Below are positions 58,063 to 64,000 of a stretch of DNA of 64,000 nt, one piece after another. The notes under the pieces are model-generated. The model saw only the letters and a list, made by a program, of their open reading frames with translations, searched no databases and was not told the DNA's origin. Origin of the DNA: Phyllobates terribilis (taxonomy: Eukaryota); assembly GCF_046119375.1 (NCBI RefSeq), contig NW_027362762.1:858390001-858454000 (forward strand), in the 5' to 3' direction. The stretch's first letter is position 1. Each line of letters opens with the position of its first letter. The position numbers and the translations under genes were made by a program.

Positions 58063-61000
58063 TATATAGTAGGGAAGGAGAATTCGGAAATTCCGTTGGA
58101 GACTTGAATTTGCCATCATCAGGTCACTTGTGCAATATACAAAAATCAGATGAGCTCACATGAATACTGACATGACAGGTATGAGGGTCTTTAGCAGAGC
58201 CATGGCAACTCATTGGCGCCCCGCGAACATGTCATGCAGGTGCCGATGGGCGAATGGAATGAGGCACCCCCCTGCCGGTGCGCTGTAAATGCCACTGTCA
58301 GAGATTGATAGTAGCATTTAACCAGTCTACAGCCACGTGTGGAGCTTGCTACATGTGCGACTGTTAGAGGCAGATGATGGCTGAATTTCACAACCATCAC
58401 CTGCTGGGTAAGATACGGGCTCAGGAACTGAGCCCACATAAAAGTCAGGGAGCCGGCATATGTGTATGTTATATGTCGGTAAAGGGTCAAGACTGTTGTA
58501 GCACACAGTCTTATTCAAGGACTTGCTGGAGTACAATGCGCCAAATTTATTAAGAAGCGCAAAAGACTTAATGAATTTGGCACATTTTATGAGCAGCGTG
58601 CACTTCTGATCAGGAGAGCTGACTGTCAGTCATTACATGTCTCATACAGGTAATGCCCTCTTTCATCTAAAATAAGCTCTCGTGACAGATTCTCAGGGAG
58701 ATCTATCTCCGGCTCCATAGATCTTAACAGCTCCTTTACATATTGAGGATTTCTCTGGAATAAGAAGTCGGATCGCAGATATAAAGATATCATTTTATTC
58801 AACTTTCTATGACCTACATGCCCATATAGACGGCTTAGGAGGGTTGCTTCTACTGACAGATGCCCTTTAATGAATTTGCGCCTATGAGTCTTGCCCCGAT
58901 GGCAAGTGTGAAAATTTCAAGATTACTAATTTTGCTTTTTAAAGCATTTCTCCAGCATTATTTTCATTTCAGTGCTGGAGTGATGCCACTAACATAAGGT
59001 TCCCGCCCCTAGTATAATACTTATCAGCTGCCGTCTTCAGCTCTTCCTACTTTGCTCCAGACCCGTGTAAGGTCTGTAGGGCAGTAGTCATGGGCGAGGG
59101 GCTGCGTTCTCACACTCTGGCACCCCACAAATAAACTGTGTCCCAGTCCCTTAGTGTCACGCTGTGTACAATGCAGTGTACTCACATTTAGGCCGCAAGC
59201 ATCCGCTGTCTCCAAGATCCTGGATCCAGGAACAGCTGCTCATAAATCAGGGGACACTTGCTTCATAACAAACAGTTCAACTTTACTTAGCAGTCCATGT
59301 TCAATTGATGTTACAGCACAGTACGTTTACATCTTCTCCCTGAGCTATCCCTTCGTTTTAATCACTCCTTCGGCCCCTGGCATACTCTATTTGGCTCTGC
59401 AGCTCTCATGAGACCCGTCCCGTCTCCCTCATGCATCTCCCCGTCCAGCTTCCACTTGTTGCAAGGCAATAAGACACACTTTCCAGTCCCTATTTCTGGC
59501 CGTAGGTCCCGGACATTGCAGGGATGTCTGCTGAAGACAGTAGCCGACATTCTAATGCTGCCTGAACAGTGCGTACTTCTCGCACCCTCCAGCCCTGTGG
59601 CCTTGAATGCTTCTAACACTTTCTTTATCTTGTAATCTAATCTCTCACTCCAAACTCACTGCACTAACCAGGAAGTGCTCCCCTTCTTAACTGACCCAGA
59701 CCCTTTCCAAGCTGCGGTGGTATAATGCGCCACCTGGGCCGTGGGGTACTCGGTGGCGGGCGGGTCGGTGCAGGGGATGTCACAGTGGCAGTGACCTGGT
59801 CTATGACCCAGGGCGGTCAATAAAGGGGAATAACGTAAGAGGGGAAATGACGCCACCTGTGGTATGCGGCTATATGGAGCCGCCGCTGCGGAGCAGGTCC
59901 TCTGGAGCTGTTGGTAATGCAGCAGAGTTGGTTCAGCTCTCCACAGGCAGAGCTTAGCTCCAGGGCGGTCCTGTGATGGAAAATGATGAGGTAGCTCTTG
60001 TTGTGCAGTATAGTGCATGGCTGGTGATGGCGCAGCAATAATTCACAGAGACAGTGGGGTGCAGTCTTCAAGGTTTACTCACGATTATCACGTTGCTCCT
60101 GGTTACAACGGCCAAATTATCACCACCCGCGGCGTTCTGCGTTCACCGAGACAGGGGTTCAGCAATCCCTCAGGTAATTCAAGAGCACTTAATGGGACCC
60201 CGTTCTCTGTGCCTTCCTCGGTCGTCTTCCCGCCCTGGCTCTCACCCTCCTGCCCTGCGCCTTGCAACCAGTGTCCCAAGCCGGTAACCTCAGATCTTGG
60301 CGGGCAACCTGGAGTTCCCTGGATCCTGTGCGGCTACCTTTTTGGCGATTAATTGCGGCTGTGGGCAACTACACCCTGAAAATGTAGAAGCCTCCAGTTT
60401 CTAGCTGAATATTGTAATTCTCACTAGTTAGAGGCCAGTCCCCTTTGCGGCCTGATCCCTCCACGTCCTGGTAGATTCGGGCGTACGGGTGGCCTCCAGC
60501 ACATCCTGTACCCCTAGTATCCCCTCTTTCTTTCTGGAGCCTTCCTCTCTGCTCCTCTCCTCTCTTCAGTCTGACCTCCTTGGCATCTCTCACTCAGGCC
60601 TGCTCCTCCCGAGCAGGGCTCCTGCTCCTTTCACTGTCCTCCTCTGACTGAACACTGTCTTTCAAGATGGTTCACTCTTTTATACTGCTCCTGAAGTGCT
60701 CCCCTATTGCTCTTCCTCCACCCACACCCACTAAATTGTTCCGCTCTCACTCCCTTAGGAGCAATCTCGCCCTGCCCTCTGAAGTGGAGTGTAATGGATG
60801 CAAGTGTGTGGATCCCGGGCAGTACTCCATCCTTACCTGAGAGTGAGATACCACACCTCTGGGTGAGATGCAGTACCTCTGTGGCGACTGAACCCTCAGG
60901 AGCGCCACATACCCCCCTGGTAAAACACAGCACTTCAGCGGGCTGGAACAAAGTAAAAACCAAAGTATTTTAAAGACATGCAAATTTTTAGAATGCATTC

Positions 61001-61619
61001 ACATAGAAGAATTTCACACAACTTTTTCTTCCCTTTATGGGAGACAGGTTTTCTTAAACGTTACAGGTTTCTTTATCAGCTTACAAGGCATTATAAAACT
61101 TTCTTCCAGTAAAATTCTCTTCACCTTAATCAAACATTTTTCATATAAAACATTTTCAATAACTACAGTGAAACCTATAGCCGGGTGTCCATTTCACTGA
61201 ACAAGGTGCAATCTGATCAACATGAGGGACCCATCCGAAAACCCTCAACGTAGGCCCTGGGCGTGGCTGCAGGGCATAAGTGATCCAGCTGTTGGACCAC
61301 GTCTTCGGCCACGCCAAACGGGTTTTTGTTCAGTGGTCTTTGTATATAAAACCAATAAGAAGCACCTTAAGAAGTGCTAATTATGAACAGTTTAAAAGTT
61401 TTTGGCTGCTCACAGTCCTCAGCCTGTCAGTTCTGGTACCCTTACCGGGTAACTAAGCAATACACACAAAACTTTTTTAAACTTGCAGCATCCCTGCTTT
61501 ACCCTCCTGGGTAACTATGTACAGTACAGTTGCCACTTGAATCTCTCAATAGTGGTGCTCCCTCCTGGGAGACACCTGTCCACTATAGGCTGGCCCAGCC
61601 GGGTCGCCCGCTCTAGATG

Positions 61620-63200
61620 GCAGGGGTGCGTTCTCCTCTTCCTCCATTCTGCACACATTCAGGGCGTACCACCCATGTTCTCCATGGTGACGGGTGTAGA
61701 TTCACTCGCCCCCTGAGCCGTGGGGCACTCGGATCCGGGCAATAGGCAAACGGTGGGAGTAGTAGTGGCAACCCGGTTCCGTGGCTCAGGGTGGTCAGAC
61801 CAGTGGCAGCCTTTTAGATGTTTCAGATAATGTCCGACTACGCCACCCGTGGATTGCGGTTATTAGGAACCGCCGCTGCAGGGCGGACCGCTGGGGCCGA
61901 TGATGTATGCAGCTGGGATGGTGTGACTCCCCACGGGAAGAGTGCGGCCCCAGGGCAGTGTAGTGGATAGTGGGAGTGATGGTGTTGAGAGTCCCCGTAC
62001 CGTTAGTGCTGGAGGAGCGAAAGAGCACACAGACAACGTACTGCAGTCCAATGTCTTTTACTCACAGTTCAGGTGCTCCGGGTCACTTCTGCGCAAGCAG
62101 TGACCACCCAAGCCGTGCAGTGTCCACCAGGTGAGGGGCTCGGTCAACCCCCAGGCAGTTCAGGAGCATGGCACAGGACCCCCTTCAATCCTTTCTCTGG
62201 CCTGCCTCACCAGTGACCCACTTTTGTCCAGCTGCCGCGGACTTGTGCGGATAAACGTGGGCCCTGTTCTCTGCTGTCCTATATGGTGCCTTTCTAGCAG
62301 GTTTGATGAGGTGCTGCACCAATAAATGGTCACAGCCTCCGGTCTTTGATCCTCCACCAACTTGGGATCCGGTACCCTTAATCTGCCTGATCCTGCACCC
62401 TGGATTCTCGTGGGTTCTTAGGGTCCCTTCCACCTTCTTGTTCCTGAGCCCTTCTGTTTCTCTGTCTCTTCTTCTCCTTTTCTGTTCTGTCTTCTCCTCC
62501 TTCCCTTGGCCTCTTCTCCAGGCCCACTTCTCCTTCTCCTCTCAGGCTCCGGCCTTTTCTCTAGGCCTGCCTCTGAGCAGAGCTCCTACAGAGCCTCTGC
62601 TCCCTGTCTTCTTCTCTCTCTGCACAGACTGAACTTCTCCCTCAGCTAAGATGGTGCCCACCTTTTATACCTCCCTCTGACCATGAGCCCAGGTGACCAG
62701 CAACCAATGGGCTCCTTCCTACGCTCAGGAACCAACCTCTATCTGCCCCTACAGCACTGGGTGTTCCACCCCCCTCCCCACTCCAGTCAGGGACGTAGTC
62801 GGTCGTGCCTGCACTTCTGTCTAGTGGGAGCACCGTTGAGCTGTCCCTCGGAAATGGGGTGTGTGTGCTGTATGCAGCTAACTGAGCCCTGGTCCATACT
62901 CCACCCTTACCCGGGAGTGGAATACCACACCTCTGGCAGAGGTGCAATACCCCTGTAGCGGCCGAACCCTCGGGGCGCTACATAGATGACCCTGTCTCCA
63001 GGGTACTTAGCTGCAGTCGGAGCAGAAGCTGCTTGTGGACAGCCAGGGTCAGCGACACCAGAAATCAGGGGCATGTCCTCCGCGCTCGCCTTCTGTACAT
63101 CAAGTGCATACCACCCCCTCTCTCCTGAGTATTGTGGTAACCAAGCCGCTCCTGGGATGTATGGCATAGACAGTGGCAATATGAGGGCTGCGGCAGCACA
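61620..63200 (-). pseudogene. Disrupted cold-shock-domain ORF remnants (two CSD C-terminal halves)
   Basis: Removing the nested LTR gives YPGDRVIYTRHHGEHGWYALNVCRMEEE, aligning with LYVGDEVTFTRHKCAKGPYALHVHRLTEEE of the young element; a second ERGWYALDVQK at about 63091-63125. Confidence 0.7.
61701..62982 (-). mobile_element. Solo LTR nested in the CSD coding region of the older element
   Basis: TSD TAGA at 61697-61700 and 62983-62986; close relative of 12723-13976. Confidence 0.88.
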
Positions 63201-63677
63201 CGCTGTTGGAGCTTCTCCTAAGGTGGGCATCTTTCTTCCCCCCTAGTTCACCCTTGCCGGGGTAAGACTCACCACTCCAGATGCTTATGTCGTCGCTACT
63301 TGCACAGCCGGTCACCGAGACTGCTCTGCTGATCACTGTACAGCCGCACTCTTGCTGCACAGCTTCTCACACTTGTATTGTATTCACAGAGTTGCAGCAG
63401 CTGGGTGGATGGGATCACACAGCCCTCTGCAGGGGGAGGCAACAATCTCCCCCTCAGTCTGATGCAAAGGGGAAGGCTGGCACCTTTCAGCCTGAGTGAC
63501 AGACAACTCTGGTACGGTCTATGCAAGTGGGAGGGGCCTATTTTGGCACAGTTTCTGAGGCTCTGCCCACGATGGGACACCCCACATATCATTAACTTCT
63601 CATGTGCTACAGTAATGGCTGCAGTTTATACAGTTATACACAGTCTTTGTGGCACACAGGACCCATTTATACCGGGC

Positions 63678-63700
63678 TTCGAATTCTGTTCGTGACGCCA
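63678..63700 (-). other. Primer binding site complementary to tRNA-Ser(CGA)-type 3' end
   Basis: Plus strand TTCGAATTCTGTTCGTGACGCCA versus the recalled tRNA end TTCGAATCCTGTTCGTGACGCCA (22/23), 4 nt from the LTR edge. Confidence 0.85.
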
Positions 63701-64000
63701 AATATGACGTGCCCCTTGGGTCATGGGGTACTCGGTGCCGGGCCGGTCGGTGCAAGGGACGTCACAGTGGTAGAGACCCGGTCCGTGACCCAGGGCGGTA
63801 AATAAAGGGGAATAACGTAAAAGGGGAATGAAGTTTTTAAAGATAATGTTCGTGACGCCACCTGTGGTATGCGGCTATATGGAGCCGCCGCTGCGGTGCA
63901 GATCCTCTGGAGCTGTTGGTAATGCAGCAGAGTTGGTTCAGCTCTCCACAGGTAGAGCTTAGCTCCAGGGCGGTGCTGTGATGGAAAAAGATGAGGTAGC

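Larger units (their letters stand above)
59723..64000 (-). mobile_element. Older LTR retroelement of the CSD family (5' LTR runs out of the window)
   Basis: 3' LTR 59723-60909 with PPT at 60910-60919; 5' LTR from 63705 with clear but diverged homology; PBS at 63683-63700; internal CSD remnants. Confidence 0.8.

Overview
Repeat-rich vertebrate genomic DNA, most consistent with an anuran (frog) genome. The evidence is T2/Kolobok-, Harbinger-, hAT- and Tigger-type MITEs, minisatellite-bearing Helitrons, L2, L1 and Penelope remnants, and Tc1 elements. Cellular coding content is small: an apparently intact 4-exon PKC-delta-like kinase without regulatory domains (minus strand, 23156-31266, 373 aa) and candidate exons of an unidentified gene (595-4979). 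Two things stand out. (1) A family of tRNA-Ser-primed LTR elements with 4-bp TSDs. It includes a very young complete copy (18154-22971) with no recognisable gag/pol that instead encodes one ~600-aa protein ending in a cold-shock domain, an older relative with two cold-shock-domain remnants (59723-64000), and several solo LTRs. Every LTR whose U5 lies in the window carries a second tRNA-Ser-complementary site in U5 that matches the primer type of its element. (2) Four covarying ~120-nt structured repeats (16714-17793). On the kinase strand they read as U-rich-internal-loop, ENE-like (poly(A) triple-helix) elements about 0.55 kb past the kinase stop codon once the LTR insertion is removed. All coordinates, TSDs and alignments were worked out by eye without database searches, so family names are pattern-based.
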